In this document: in pieces, positions 9,299-18,489 of the stretch
Layout: each line of letters opens with the position of its first letter
Position numbering within the stretch: position 1 is the stretch's first letter
Virus record (IMG/VR): IMGVR_UViG_2936514734_000001
Coordinates: 175,375 to 239,374 of that record
Origin: a virus
Lineage: Duplodnaviria; Caudoviricetes
DNA length: 64,000 nt
Strand: one strand, 5' to 3'
The notes under the pieces: generated by a model
The model's input: the letters and a program-made list of their open reading frames with translations, nothing else
Database searches by the model: none
Told to the model about the DNA's origin: nothing
Translations under genes and position numbers: made by a program

Positions 9299-9639
9299 TA
9301 ATTCCTCCTGATGTTTTGCTTAGCGACAACATAAGCACTTGGTTTGAAAAATGCTAGTAGTTTTATCAAAGAAACCACCACCTTTCAAAAATTTTTTTAG
9401 CAAAACATCAGTAAACCAAAAAAGGTGAGGGCGTTAGCCCTCAACCCTTATCTACGAAGTATCGTATTTCATGTATAATTCCCACCTTTCTGATAAATTA
9501 CAATATCGACATTTTATATTTCATAATTCGAGAAAAATTGTCGATATTTATCAATCTTTTACATATTTTTTGTAGATTTCAGCGAAAATGACAATTTTGT
9601 AATCAAAAAAAATAACCTTTTCAATTTAGAAAAAGGTTG

Positions 9640-9668
9640 TTGCAATAGTATTTTATCCCTTGTATGAT
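9640..9668 (+). promoter_or_regulatory. SigA-type promoter for repA
   Basis: TTGCAA-17 nt-TATGAT. Confidence 0.6.
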
Positions 9669-9749
9669 TAAAATAAGACAAAAAGATAGCGTATAAAAAA
9701 TTTGTCAATAGGTTTTTAACATATATAAATTTTTTTACGAAAAAAGTAC

Positions 9750-9869
9750 AAAAAAAATAGGCTATCGATGTTCGCTGCATCGTAGCCCGGATAAAAAACT
9801 AAAAAAACCAAGAACACATACAATTTCAGTTACCCACAAAAATTGTGATGTTTAAATAAGAATTTCGAT
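9750..9869 (-). ncRNA. Probable antisense copy-number-control RNA in the repA leader
   Basis: Minus-strand promoter TTGAAC(9904-9899)-17-TAAGAT(9881-9876) with TG extension; terminator hairpin 9760-9787 followed by a T-run. Confidence 0.55.
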
Positions 9870-9986
9870 GTACTAATCTTATCATGACTTTTTTAAAAGT
9901 TCAATAGTACATATAGTTTTTCTTTGCCTTTTTTAGTCTTTTATCCTAGTAAACTACAAAAATACTATGGATTGGAGGCTTTTTTC

Positions 9987-11132
9987 ATGTCAAAAAAGCT
10001 CATTAAACTTAGCGATATTATTAAACAAGAATTCTACCAATTACCTAAACTAGTTGTTTGGAACCAGACATACCGTGAAGGATTAAGCGACGGTGCTAAA
10101 TTGCTTTACATGATTATTCGTGACCGCTTTTCATTATCTGTTCATACTTCTGAACAAGAAATTAAACAAGGTAAACCATTAACATATGTAGATCAAGACG
10201 AAAACGTATTTTGTATTTTAGACAATGGTGAAATCGAATTCACTTTAAATAAAACTAAGAAAACGGCTATTAAATGTATGCAAGAATTAGAAACCTTCGA
10301 ATTAATTGAAACAAAAGAAGTTGAAGGTGGCGCAAACAGAATCTACTTGAAAGACTTAGATTCTAGTGGAATCTCTTTAGCAACATTTATTGGCGAGAAA
10401 GATTATTATAAGCATGTTCAATCTCGCAAGAAAAAAGGCAAAGATCCATCTAAGACTTTGGAGGAATTTATCGAAGCTGCTGAAAGACGATTACAAGGTA
10501 AAGATGAAAGTAATGAATCCGACAAGAGTTCAAAAAACAGGGGTGGAAATAATACACCCCCTAGGGATGGAAAAGATACACCCCCCGGGGAGGAAGAAAG
10601 TACACCTCTAGGGGATGGAGAAACTGCACCCCCAGGGGTGGAAAAACTACACCCTAATAAGAATGACTCTAACTCTAATAACTCTAAATCACCTGAAAGT
10701 AATGAGAATGAGTTTAATGAATCTTCTTCTAGTGATAAAGAGCCTAGCGGTTTAGAAGAAGAACAACCAATGATTATCACAGTTGATAATAACTATGCTT
10801 TATTGGAGTCTATTAAGCCAATTCATGAAATATGCAAAACCCAAAAAGATATTAATGTCGTCAAAAAAGCCCTGATTGAAGCTAAAATAGAGGGTTTCTA
10901 TAAGTGTGATGTACTTAATGCAATTGGTTCACATGCTAAGAACATGAATGCTTACAGAGCTAAAGGTGAAACTATCCGCTATGAGCCTGCATTCTTTGCT
11001 AATAATCTAGTTGACCGTATCATTTCTAATGCTGCAGAAAGACAAGCTAAGTCTGAAAAAGAAGCTAAAAAAGCAAAACAACAAACCTTAAATTCTGGAC
11101 GTATACCCTTTTATAACTTTCTAGAAGAATAA
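9987..11132 (+). CDS. repA: Plasmid replication initiator, RepA_N family
   Basis: FYQLPK...LSDGAKLLY..IRDRFSLS...VD...EL...LI...NRIYL; GGAGG SD before ATG 9987; C-terminal FYNFLEE. Confidence 0.88.
   Translation: MSKKLIKLSDIIKQEFYQLPKLVVWNQTYREGLSDGAKLLYMIIRDRFSLSVHTSEQEIKQGKPLTYVDQDENVFCILDNGEIEFTLNKTKKTAIKCMQELETFELIETKEVEGGANRIYLKDLDSSGISLATFIGEKDYYKHVQSRKKKGKDPSKTLEEFIEAAERRLQGKDESNESDKSSKNRGGNNTPPRDGKDTPPGEEESTPLGDGETAPPGVEKLHPNKNDSNSNNSKSPESNENEFNESSSSDKEPSGLEEEQPMIITVDNNYALLESIKPIHEICKTQKDINVVKKALIEAKIEGFYKCDVLNAIGSHAKNMNAYRAKGETIRYEPAFFANNLVDRIISNAAERQAKSEKEAKKAKQQTLNSGRIPFYNFLEE
10540..10654 (+). repeat. Five ~24-bp iterons inside repA (probable oriV)
   Basis: GGG(G/A)(T/G)GG-A-rich-T(A/G)CACCC units at ~10540, 10564, 10588, 10612, 10635. 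Confidence 0.75.
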
Positions 11133-11285
11133 GATTCTAGGGGAATCCACTAGAATACATTGTTTTGTAACAAAAAATCATATAATGTCGTAAAAATCTA
11201 GTACAATTTATTAGCAATGTATGGTATATTGAGTGAGAACACATACAAATATTAATTGATTTAGAGAGAGGAGTTTCGATTTTTT

Positions 11286-12275
11286 ATGGCATTAAATTTG
11301 ATTTTAGGTGTTGACGCTGGGCTTAACTCAGTTAAAGTTGTAGGTCAAAAAGGTGAAACAAAATTCGCATCTGTTGTCACTAGAAAACCTGCACATGCTA
11401 AGACTTTCAAAGGCGTTTTAAGCTATGAGGAAAAGAATAAACAAAACAGATTTGAATTAACAGTTGATAACAAAGAATATTACTTAGGTGAGCATGCGAT
11501 CTTTGCTACTAAAAACAGCGGTGTAAGACGTGGTGGCGGTAGTGATGGTACTGGCTCTAAGAATAATACTAAAGCATTTATCCGCGCTCTAGGTGGAATC
11601 TGCTTATATATTGATCATTATGAAAGATTCGATGATACAGAGATTAATGTATTTTTAACATATGGTACTCCTATAAACAGTGCAACAAATGATGATGAAA
11701 TCGAAGAAATTGAAGAGCGCTTCAAAAACCAAGGACGTCCTATCGAGCTTACATATAACGGCGTTAAACTAAGTATTTCAATCAAGGACATTATTGTATT
11801 ACCAGAAGGTGCAGCGGCATATTACGCCAAAGAGGATTATGAAGAAGAAGATGTATATATCCTTGATGCTGGATCACAAACTGTTAACCTTACACACTTA
11901 GAAGATGGAGCTCCTGTTCCAAATAGCTCTGACAACTTAACTGTAGGTGTTGAATTCTACAAAGAAACATACCCTGACAATACCGCTGAAGTATTGAGCG
12001 AGGATGCTATTGAGATGTTAAGTGAAGAGTTAAGATGGCCTAAAGGTTCGAAAATTCATGTGTGTGGTGGATATGCTAATCAATTAGCTTTGGCATTTAA
12101 TGTAGTAGCTGATGGTAACTATACTGCAGAAGTATTAGTGCCAGAGATTCCTTTATCAGGAAGACGTGTTAAGACACTTGACCCTATTTATGCAAATGCA
12201 ACAGGTCTTTTCTTCCTTGCTCTAGAAGCTTTCCAAGATTACATCAATGTTGCTAAGCCAAAGGTAAAAGGGTGA
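11286..12275 (+). CDS. parM: ParM/Alp actin-like segregation ATPase
   Basis: GVDAGLNSVK (phosphate 1), LPEGAAA, ILDAGSQTVN (phosphate 2), CGGYA, YANATG. Confidence 0.88.
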   Translation: MALNLILGVDAGLNSVKVVGQKGETKFASVVTRKPAHAKTFKGVLSYEEKNKQNRFELTVDNKEYYLGEHAIFATKNSGVRRGGGSDGTGSKNNTKAFIRALGGICLYIDHYERFDDTEINVFLTYGTPINSATNDDEIEEIEERFKNQGRPIELTYNGVKLSISIKDIIVLPEGAAAYYAKEDYEEEDVYILDAGSQTVNLTHLEDGAPVPNSSDNLTVGVEFYKETYPDNTAEVLSEDAIEMLSEELRWPKGSKIHVCGGYANQLALAFNVVADGNYTAEVLVPEIPLSGRRVKTLDPIYANATGLFFLALEAFQDYINVAKPKVKG

Positions 12276-12280
12276 TTTAA

Positions 12281-12841
12281 TTGGCTAATAACGAAAACAA
12301 ATCCAAAGCTAAAAAGAAACCTTCAAATCAACAGCATAAAACTGTTTACTTCAATACGCACAATGTAAATGATGTTCAGTTGTACAAATATGCTCAAAGT
12401 GTGGGTGTTAGAAACTTTAGCGGTTGGGTTAAAAGTCTAATTTATCAAGAGATGGTTAGACGAAATGGTGCTCCACCTAACCCATATGAATACGCATCAC
12501 TTCCTGCTATGGAAGTTGAACAGCAAGAATCGGTAGAAATTCCTGTTAGATCGATACCAGCTAAAACACAAGGACAATCAATCAAGTTGAAGCCTAAACA
12601 GGAAACGGTACCTGAGCAACCTACGAAACCTGTTGTAGAAGAAACAGAAGTTATTGAAGAAAAACAACAAGTAAAAGAAGAAGAGCCTGCAGTGCAGGAA
12701 GTAAATAAAACCAATGAAACAAATGAGGAAGTAGTTGTAGAGGCTAGTTCTGAAGGGTCTAATGGTGATGAAATAGACATTAGTCGTACTAATCGTGCAG
12801 CTAAAGCAAGAAGCATGTTAGGTAATAGAGCAAGAAGATAA
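12281..12841 (+). CDS. ParR-like DNA-binding adaptor with a long acidic disordered tail
   Basis: Directly after parM; KTVYFN...NFSGWVKSLI RHH-like N-terminus. Confidence 0.7.
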   Translation: MANNENKSKAKKKPSNQQHKTVYFNTHNVNDVQLYKYAQSVGVRNFSGWVKSLIYQEMVRRNGAPPNPYEYASLPAMEVEQQESVEIPVRSIPAKTQGQSIKLKPKQETVPEQPTKPVVEETEVIEEKQQVKEEEPAVQEVNKTNETNEEVVVEASSEGSNGDEIDISRTNRAAKARSMLGNRARR

Positions 12842-12847
12842 TTAGAA

Positions 12848-12887
12848 ATAAGCCCCGTCAAATAATGACGGCGGCTTATTTTTTTTG
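12848..12887 (+). terminator. Intrinsic terminator after parMR
   Basis: aataagcc.cgtca/tgacg.ggcttatt followed by a T-run. Confidence 0.8.
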
Positions 12888-12924
12888 TGAGAAATTACTA
12901 GTTTTTAATAGATTCCACTAGAAT

Positions 12925-13503
12925 CTAGGCTAATAACCTAAGATCCATTAAACCTGTTGCTTGGAAGTTCTTATTACTTTCCGTAGCGTATGACCTTATA
13001 TGAGGGACTAAGTTAATACCTTCTTCAATGTTTTTTAATAAGATTTTTTTAAAAGTATCTAAGTCATTTGTAGAAGTTAATTCAATTATATTTAATATAA
13101 ATTCAGCAGAAATAACTGGGCCTTCTATATCTGGATGTTCTAATTGACTAAATAATTCTTCTGATATTTCAGGACGATACTTATACAAAATCATTTCATT
13201 GCCTTGTATGCTGTCGAATGGGATTTTTTTAGAAATAAGGTGGTTTTCAATATTAACTAAGCGTTCTTCATCCCATATATCATTATCCATGATGGAAAAT
13301 ACTCCATTGTCATCCCATATGTCCATATGTGTAACAGATTCAATAGCATCAATACAGTGTTTAACTAGGGCAGGATCATCCTTTGAGATACCTAAATTAT
13401 TTGCTATTGCATCTACATTTATATTAATAGACTGATCAGAAACAATATATCTAATACTTTCTATATCTAATAACAATGTTGGAACGTGAATAAAAGCGGA
13501 CAT
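12925..13503 (-). CDS. Hypothetical protein
   Basis: ORF, AAAGGAG SD. Confidence 0.65.
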   Translation of the reverse strand: MSAFIHVPTLLLDIESIRYIVSDQSININVDAIANNLGISKDDPALVKHCIDAIESVTHMDIWDDNGVFSIMDNDIWDEERLVNIENHLISKKIPFDSIQGNEMILYKYRPEISEELFSQLEHPDIEGPVISAEFILNIIELTSTNDLDTFKKILLKNIEEGINLVPHIRSYATESNKNFQATGLMDLRLLA

Positions 13504-13562
13504 TTAAAAACTCCTTTCTAAAAATAGGGGAGGGGTAGAAAAGTTACACCCCCCTAAATTAT

Positions 13563-14012
13563 TTATCTGTCATAAGTTAATACTAAATCCATTTCCATTC
13601 GCTCTTCTTCAGACATTTTGTTCAAACCTAATTTTGCTACAGCTGGATTAGCATAATATAGTTCATACACTAATTTCTGTAGTTTAGATAGACCAAGTAT
13701 TCTTTTGACTTTTTCTTTACATTGAAGTTTTATAACATAATTAGATTCTTTTTCAACGGTGAGTTTGTCACTTATAAAAAGTGCTGTATTTAATTCTCTT
13801 TCAAACAATGATACTTCATCCATGGCGAGAACATTGCGTTCACACAATTGGAATAAATCAATTCGGAATGTTTTTCCGGTATTCACAATTTCGTTTTCAA
13901 TCCATTCTAAAGACTTTTTGGCAAGGATACTTACATCATTTGATTCGTTTCTTACAGCAACAATAACTGATTCTAATTTAGTCATCACTTTTTTATCATT
14001 AACATTAAACAT
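13563..14012 (-). CDS. Hypothetical protein
   Basis: ORF, GAGGGGG SD before MFNV. Confidence 0.6.
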   Translation of the reverse strand: MFNVNDKKVMTKLESVIVAVRNESNDVSILAKKSLEWIENEIVNTGKTFRIDLFQLCERNVLAMDEVSLFERELNTALFISDKLTVEKESNYVIKLQCKEKVKRILGLSKLQKLVYELYYANPAVAKLGLNKMSEEERMEMDLVLTYDR

Positions 14013-14220
14013 TATTTGGTTTCCCCCTCGTGGTGATTGTTTCAAGTCATGTTGGATTCTCTGTTGTAAGAGTTTCTCATATAATCTATTGAAAACTACT
14101 AATTTCTATTTAATTTTAGTGGATTAAACTATATTTCAATACATTCTAATTTGTTTCACTAGTATCTACGTTATTGTAGTTATTAGTATGTATAATATGA
14201 GTGCGATTGTTTCAAATATA

Positions 14221-14520
14221 TTAGTTTATTAATGCAAAAATTTCATTACTTAAAGTTGTTAATCTATTGTATTCACCAATAACTGCGTCTTCAATAATCT
14301 TTCTAGCTTCAGCATTGACTGGGTTAGCCATATCTTTAAATTTGCCTCCAGGCATCTTCTTAGAAGGCATAGCAACCATTAATTTACCGCTTCTATTTTC
14401 TACTATGCGGATATCATTCAGAGCAATCATGCCATTGACGATAATATTGCAAATTGCTTTCATTCCATTCCCATCTTTGATTTTCATTTTAATATCTGTA
14501 ATTGTTAGTCCGTATTCCAT
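14221..14520 (-). CDS. spoVG: SpoVG-family nucleic-acid-binding protein
   Basis: ITDIK...MKAIC.I......DIRIVE...L.VAMPSKK...G.FKD.ANPVN.E.R..I..AV..EY. Confidence 0.9.
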   Translation of the reverse strand: MEYGLTITDIKMKIKDGNGMKAICNIIVNGMIALNDIRIVENRSGKLMVAMPSKKMPGGKFKDMANPVNAEARKIIEDAVIGEYNRLTTLSNEIFALIN

Positions 14521-14732
14521 GTCATAATCTCTCCTTTAAAATTTATATCTATTTATATTTTAAGGATAAGTGTAATTGATCATCCCTTATATTATAGTAA
14601 CCTTAGAATATACCCCATTTTTATATATACGTTTTAACTGTTGTGTTGTACCCTAATATAAATTCACAGATGCATAAAAAAAGACCCCCTAGAATTAGGG
14701 GATCATTGAATTTATCGCATCAACTCCATAAT

Positions 14733-15440
14733 TTATGATAATTGCTTTTTTACTTCATTGCTTAATACTTGTTGACGAATAGCTTTTGATAGATCCTGTA
14801 CATTAGTTCCGGCCTGTTGTACTAATGAGTTAGTAGCTTGTTCCGTAGAAGCATCAACCTCGACTGTTACATCTCGGCGTAACTCTGCAATGATGTCACT
14901 CATATTGCGAGTAGTAGTTGAAGTCTCCTGTGGAGCTGAAGGCTCCGTAGATGTTTCAACAGCTTCTGATTGTTCAACAGCTTCTTGAATAGTTTCAGGA
15001 GCTACAACTGATAAGTTTTGTTGTGCTTGAACTTGATTAGCAATTAACTCAGATAAGTTTACTGCTGGCTGAGCTTCTTGTTCAGTAACTTGTTGTTTAA
15101 TAATTTCAGATAAAGATGGTGTCGGAGCAGAAGGGACAACCACTACAGGTTCTGCATTTTGTTGAGCAGCAATTTGACTAGCTATTTGTTGATTTAGTAC
15201 AGATTGGCGCACTCGATCTTCAACAGAAACTTCCTCGTCCTCAAAATCTTCTTCATCATCTTCAAAATCCTCTTCGATGTCCTCGTCGTCTTCGATATCT
15301 TGAAGTTCTGCCATACGATTATGAACAGTATCAAGTAGACCCTGAGTTTTCTCGTTGATGTAACTAATTAATCCTGCCTTAAATGATTCAAGCTCTGATC
15401 TAACCTCTTCTAATACTGCTAATTCTTCATGTTTTTCCAT
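14733..15440 (-). CDS. Acidic coiled-coil/low-complexity protein
   Basis: ORF with D/E tract; GGAGGG SD. Confidence 0.7.
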   Translation of the reverse strand: MEKHEELAVLEEVRSELESFKAGLISYINEKTQGLLDTVHNRMAELQDIEDDEDIEEDFEDDEEDFEDEEVSVEDRVRQSVLNQQIASQIAAQQNAEPVVVVPSAPTPSLSEIIKQQVTEQEAQPAVNLSELIANQVQAQQNLSVVAPETIQEAVEQSEAVETSTEPSAPQETSTTTRNMSDIIAELRRDVTVEVDASTEQATNSLVQQAGTNVQDLSKAIRQQVLSNEVKKQLS

Positions 15441-15544
15441 TGTAAAACCCTCCAATAAATTATATAAAAGATAAATGTTATATTTGGCTTAACAAACATA
15501 ACGGTTTGAACACGAAAGTCAATACTTCCTGAAAAATAATAGGG

Positions 15545-15630
15545 GAATGTGAACGGGATTCGAACCCGTGACCCAAGTACCTAGCATACGCATTATAGGT
15601 CCATCGCTCTACCTACTGAGCTATCACATC
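15545..15630 (-). tRNA. Atypical tRNA-like gene, anticodon not assignable (possibly TAT); no encoded CCA
   Basis: Acceptor GATGTGA/TCACATT, D-arm GCTC-AGTAGGTA-GAGC, T-arm ACGGG-TTCGAAT-CCCGT; 35 nt between the D and T arms. Confidence 0.65.
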
Positions 15631-15727
15631 ATGGAATACAAAAAGGGTAGGGGCGTTAGCCCCTAAACCCCAATGTAATTAATATTTTTAAAAATAAAAA
15701 GCTACGAGCCTCATAGACCCGTAGCGG

Positions 15728-15835
15728 TTAACTAACTTTAGTATTGTATTCACGTGTCTTCCTTTTAGCAGAGGACTCGCTTGTTCTTGGTTTTTTCTTA
15801 CGTGTCGGTTCGCCTTCACGCTTTTTCTTTTTCAT
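15728..15835 (-). CDS. 35-aa highly basic microprotein (not in the ORF track)
   Basis: MKKKKREGEPTRKKKPRTSESSAKRKTREYNTKVS; AGGGGGA SD. Confidence 0.5.
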   Translation of the reverse strand: MKKKKREGEPTRKKKPRTSESSAKRKTREYNTKVS

Positions 15836-15898
15836 TTAAATTCCCCCTAGATTAATCTTCTAGAGTATATGGGATTGTGTCCTGAAATATGAGTCTAA

Positions 15899-16087
15899 TT
15901 ATTCATACTTAACCGTGCCAACAACATTGCCGTTAATATCTAAGAGCTTGCTTGGCTTGTTATTGTTAGCAATATTCTCAGCTAAACCTATCAATATTCT
16001 AGATAATTCAAGATGACCATTATCATCAAATGCTGAATTACATGTTTCTATACTAACCGATACTTTCTCCAAAAATTTCACCTCCAA
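15899..16087 (-). CDS. Small hypothetical phage protein
   Basis: ORF in a co-directional array. Confidence 0.55.
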   Translation of the reverse strand: MEVKFLEKVSVSIETCNSAFDDNGHLELSRILIGLAENIANNNKPSKLLDINGNVVGTVKYE

Positions 16088-16306
16088 TCAATGCAAGGGG
16101 ATTAATGTAATACTGTCTGACTCTGACTTAATAAACTCTTCTAGTTCGCCAAGATTTCTAAAACACTTGTCGTGCTCAAAACCATTGTCGATGTTTTGTA
16201 GTTTAATATGTAAGAAGTCATTAGTAACTTTATAAACTAGTTTTCCAAGGATCCCTGTGTCTTCAATTAACAGGTCACCAATCTCTACATGGTTGCTATG
16301 GATCAA
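16088..16306 (-). CDS. Small hypothetical phage protein
   Basis: ORF with GAGGTGA SD. Confidence 0.55.
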   Translation of the reverse strand: MIHSNHVEIGDLLIEDTGILGKLVYKVTNDFLHIKLQNIDNGFEHDKCFRNLGELEEFIKSESDSITLIPLH

Positions 16307-16625
16307 ACCAACTCACCTCAATTCTATATGTTTTATGTTTGATAAAATGTCTAGCCATTGTTGAACACCTCCTTCGTGTAGAATTAATCATGATAAAAAC
16401 TCCCCAATCAATAGAAAGGGGAGTGAGGAGCTAAATTAAAAAACACTAATTAAAACTAATAATAACTGTTTTCCACTAGAATCTATCAAAAAATAATTTA
16501 TTTTAATTTATAATGTTATATTAAATTGTTTTGTACTATAAAAAACTGAAATCTAATGTGTCGTCTTACCGCATGGTTGGGTGTAAATAGCCGTACATAT
16601 AGCTATCAATAAAGTTACGACACAA

Positions 16626-16919
16626 TTAATAACTCCAATCAGTTTCATATCCATCGTCTGAACGTTCAACTAAAACCCGCACTAAACACTTTTTCTGCTT
16701 AGGGCTTAACGTTTTACGCTTAGCTACTGTAATAAGGATGTCACGAGCAAGGCATTCACTTGAGTCGGACTTATCTACAGGATCATCTTTAAAAGACTGA
16801 ATAATATCATTAATAACTTGTTGATTTGGAACAGTCTTAGTTAATTCATCAATTGTATTGTTAATCATACATGCTTCTTCTAAAGCCGCTTCCCAGCAAA
16901 GGTCTGCCATTTCACCCAT
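16626..16919 (-). CDS. Hypothetical phage protein
   Basis: MGEMAD N-terminus; GAGGTGA SD. Confidence 0.65.
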   Translation of the reverse strand: MGEMADLCWEAALEEACMINNTIDELTKTVPNQQVINDIIQSFKDDPVDKSDSSECLARDILITVAKRKTLSPKQKKCLVRVLVERSDDGYETDWSY

Positions 16920-16930
16920 TATTATTCACC

Positions 16931-17431
16931 TCACGTATTTGCGACCTTCATATTTTGTAATTCATCTAAGCGTGCAGAAACTTTATCGAATTTTTCACGT
17001 ACTTTTTCTATTCGATTTCTTTTATCTAGCCTCTGCTCATGAGTTTCAGCTTTTTCTTCAAATATTTTTTCCATATCATCACTTAGAGAAAAGAAGGTTT
17101 TTAATTGGTTTTTATACTCTGTTGCTATATCCAATGCTTGTTTTCTAATGCCGTTGTCTTCAATCCATTTTTGTACGATAGAATGTTCTTCTTGAGTAAG
17201 TGCTTCATCTTCTCCCCAATGACTAATACTTCCGTTATCTATAAGTCTAGAGACAATACGACAAGATAATTTTTCATCTTCTTCGATTGGAACTATAATA
17301 TTAAGATACGCCTTGCCTTCATCAATAGAAGGGAATCTATCTTTAGGTACTTCTATTTTTACAATGAAGCTAACGCCTCCGGTTGTAGCCGCTGCATAAC
17401 CTAAATATTCAATGCCAATTACTTTAAACAT
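16931..17431 (-). CDS. Hypothetical phage protein
   Basis: ORF with AAGGAG SD. Confidence 0.65.
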   Translation of the reverse strand: MFKVIGIEYLGYAAATTGGVSFIVKIEVPKDRFPSIDEGKAYLNIIVPIEEDEKLSCRIVSRLIDNGSISHWGEDEALTQEEHSIVQKWIEDNGIRKQALDIATEYKNQLKTFFSLSDDMEKIFEEKAETHEQRLDKRNRIEKVREKFDKVSARLDELQNMKVANT

Positions 17432-17445
17432 AAACAGAAATCTCC

Positions 17446-17610
17446 TTATTCTTTAATTAATTCAATTTGACCAGTTTCGTTATCTATGCGAATATCTGAA
17501 ATCCCTATAAAATCGTCAGGGACTCTATTGGAAACAACAACATCTGAATATAATTGATCTTTTGTTAAGCCCATTAACTTTTCTAATAATTCATCACCAG
17601 TTAAGCCCAT
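17446..17610 (-). CDS. 54-aa hypothetical protein (not in the ORF track)
   Basis: MGLTGDELLEKL...QIELIKE; AGGAGG SD. Confidence 0.55.
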   Translation of the reverse strand: MGLTGDELLEKLMGLTKDQLYSDVVVSNRVPDDFIGISDIRIDNETGQIELIKE

Positions 17611-18101
17611 ACTGCTAACCTCCTAGCTATTTTAGGTAAAAGCTTTCTTGAGTGATAAAACATCAGAATCGTTAAAAGTAAATCCAGCAGAAGAGTATTA
17701 AAAGGAGCAGATCTCCGCATTTCAACAATAATAAGAAAGATATAGAACACACCAATACAAAAAGGGAACCAGTCACTGAGGAAAACCTTGCCAAAGTAAG
17801 ATTTGATTTTTTTAAAAGATAGTCCCTTTTTATTGCGATAGTCCTTGTCTAGCTCTAGTAATTTTCGTTCGAAATGATTAACTATCCATTGCAGTTTCTT
17901 TTTCTCTAATTGATAATCATCATACTTATCAGATTCTTCGAATAGCCAAGTTGCAGAGAATCCTTCTTTTAATTCATGTAATTGTTTAGAGAAATGACCG
18001 TATTCTTCAAATAGATAAATAGCTTGCTTATAAGCTTCTTCAGTATAAGTATTAAGATCAAACTCATGTTCATTAATTACACGTATATCAACATTCTTCA
18101 C
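17601..18101 (-). CDS. Membrane protein with two C-terminal TM segments
   Basis: Hydrophobic WFPFCIGVFYIFLIIV and LLLDLLLTILMF; AGGAGG SD before GTG 18101. Confidence 0.6.
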   Translation of the reverse strand: MKNVDIRVINEHEFDLNTYTEEAYKQAIYLFEEYGHFSKQLHELKEGFSATWLFEESDKYDDYQLEKKKLQWIVNHFERKLLELDKDYRNKKGLSFKKIKSYFGKVFLSDWFPFCIGVFYIFLIIVEMRRSAPFNTLLLDLLLTILMFYHSRKLLPKIARRLAVWA

Positions 18102-18125
18102 AATGTTTCCTCCTAGACAATTCAT

Positions 18126-18288
18126 GTACTTAAGCCGGGAGCCGTCTTTACATTAAACGATATGACCAGTCTCCTATACGGATAATCAGTCCGCGATAGG
18201 GGCCATGTGCTATTGCTGATTAAACAATCACACAATATGCTTTCGACCACATAAGGACTCGAACCCTAATAGCTCCCCGCTTAAATAC
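18126..18288 (-). ncRNA. Circularly permuted tRNA-like RNA (YrlA/Y-RNA-like topology)
   Basis: 5'->3' order: closing stem, T-arm (TAGGG TTCGAGT CCTTA), acceptor 3' strand TGTGGTC, ~76-nt insert, acceptor 5' strand GGTCATA, D-arm, closing stem. Confidence 0.6.
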
Positions 18289-18303
18289 ACGAACTTAATC
18301 GTG

Positions 18304-18483
18304 TTATTTAAGAGATAAATACTTTTTATCAATATGAAATTCAATACCATCATCCATATCTAAAACTTCAACAGTATCTTCATTAATTTTCTTTTGAATA
18401 ATAACTTCACCGCTAATGAATTTCATAAACGGATATTCATGTTCAAGTTCACTGGGAATATTAACTTGATACCTAGCGGCCAT
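18304..18483 (-). CDS. 59-aa hypothetical protein (not in the ORF track)
   Basis: MAARYQVNIP...KYLSLK; AAGGAGTGA SD overlapping the cca stop. Confidence 0.55.
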   Translation of the reverse strand: MAARYQVNIPSELEHEYPFMKFISGEVIIQKKINEDTVEVLDMDDGIEFHIDKKYLSLK

Positions 18484-18489
18484 ATGTAA

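Noticed and set aside
9559-9780. 73-aa ORF in the rep leader
   Set aside because: Low-complexity AT-rich translation across promoter/terminator signals; better explained as regulatory DNA
11160-11285. Classical tandem-repeat parC centromere upstream of parM
   Set aside because: No regular short direct-repeat array seen; only the inverted CTAG box at 11135-11155 and AGAACACATACAA shared with ~9811
18126-18288. Two-piece (permuted) tmRNA
   Set aside because: Has a D-stem, no CCA/Ala acceptor signature, and no tag reading frame or pseudoknot region visible
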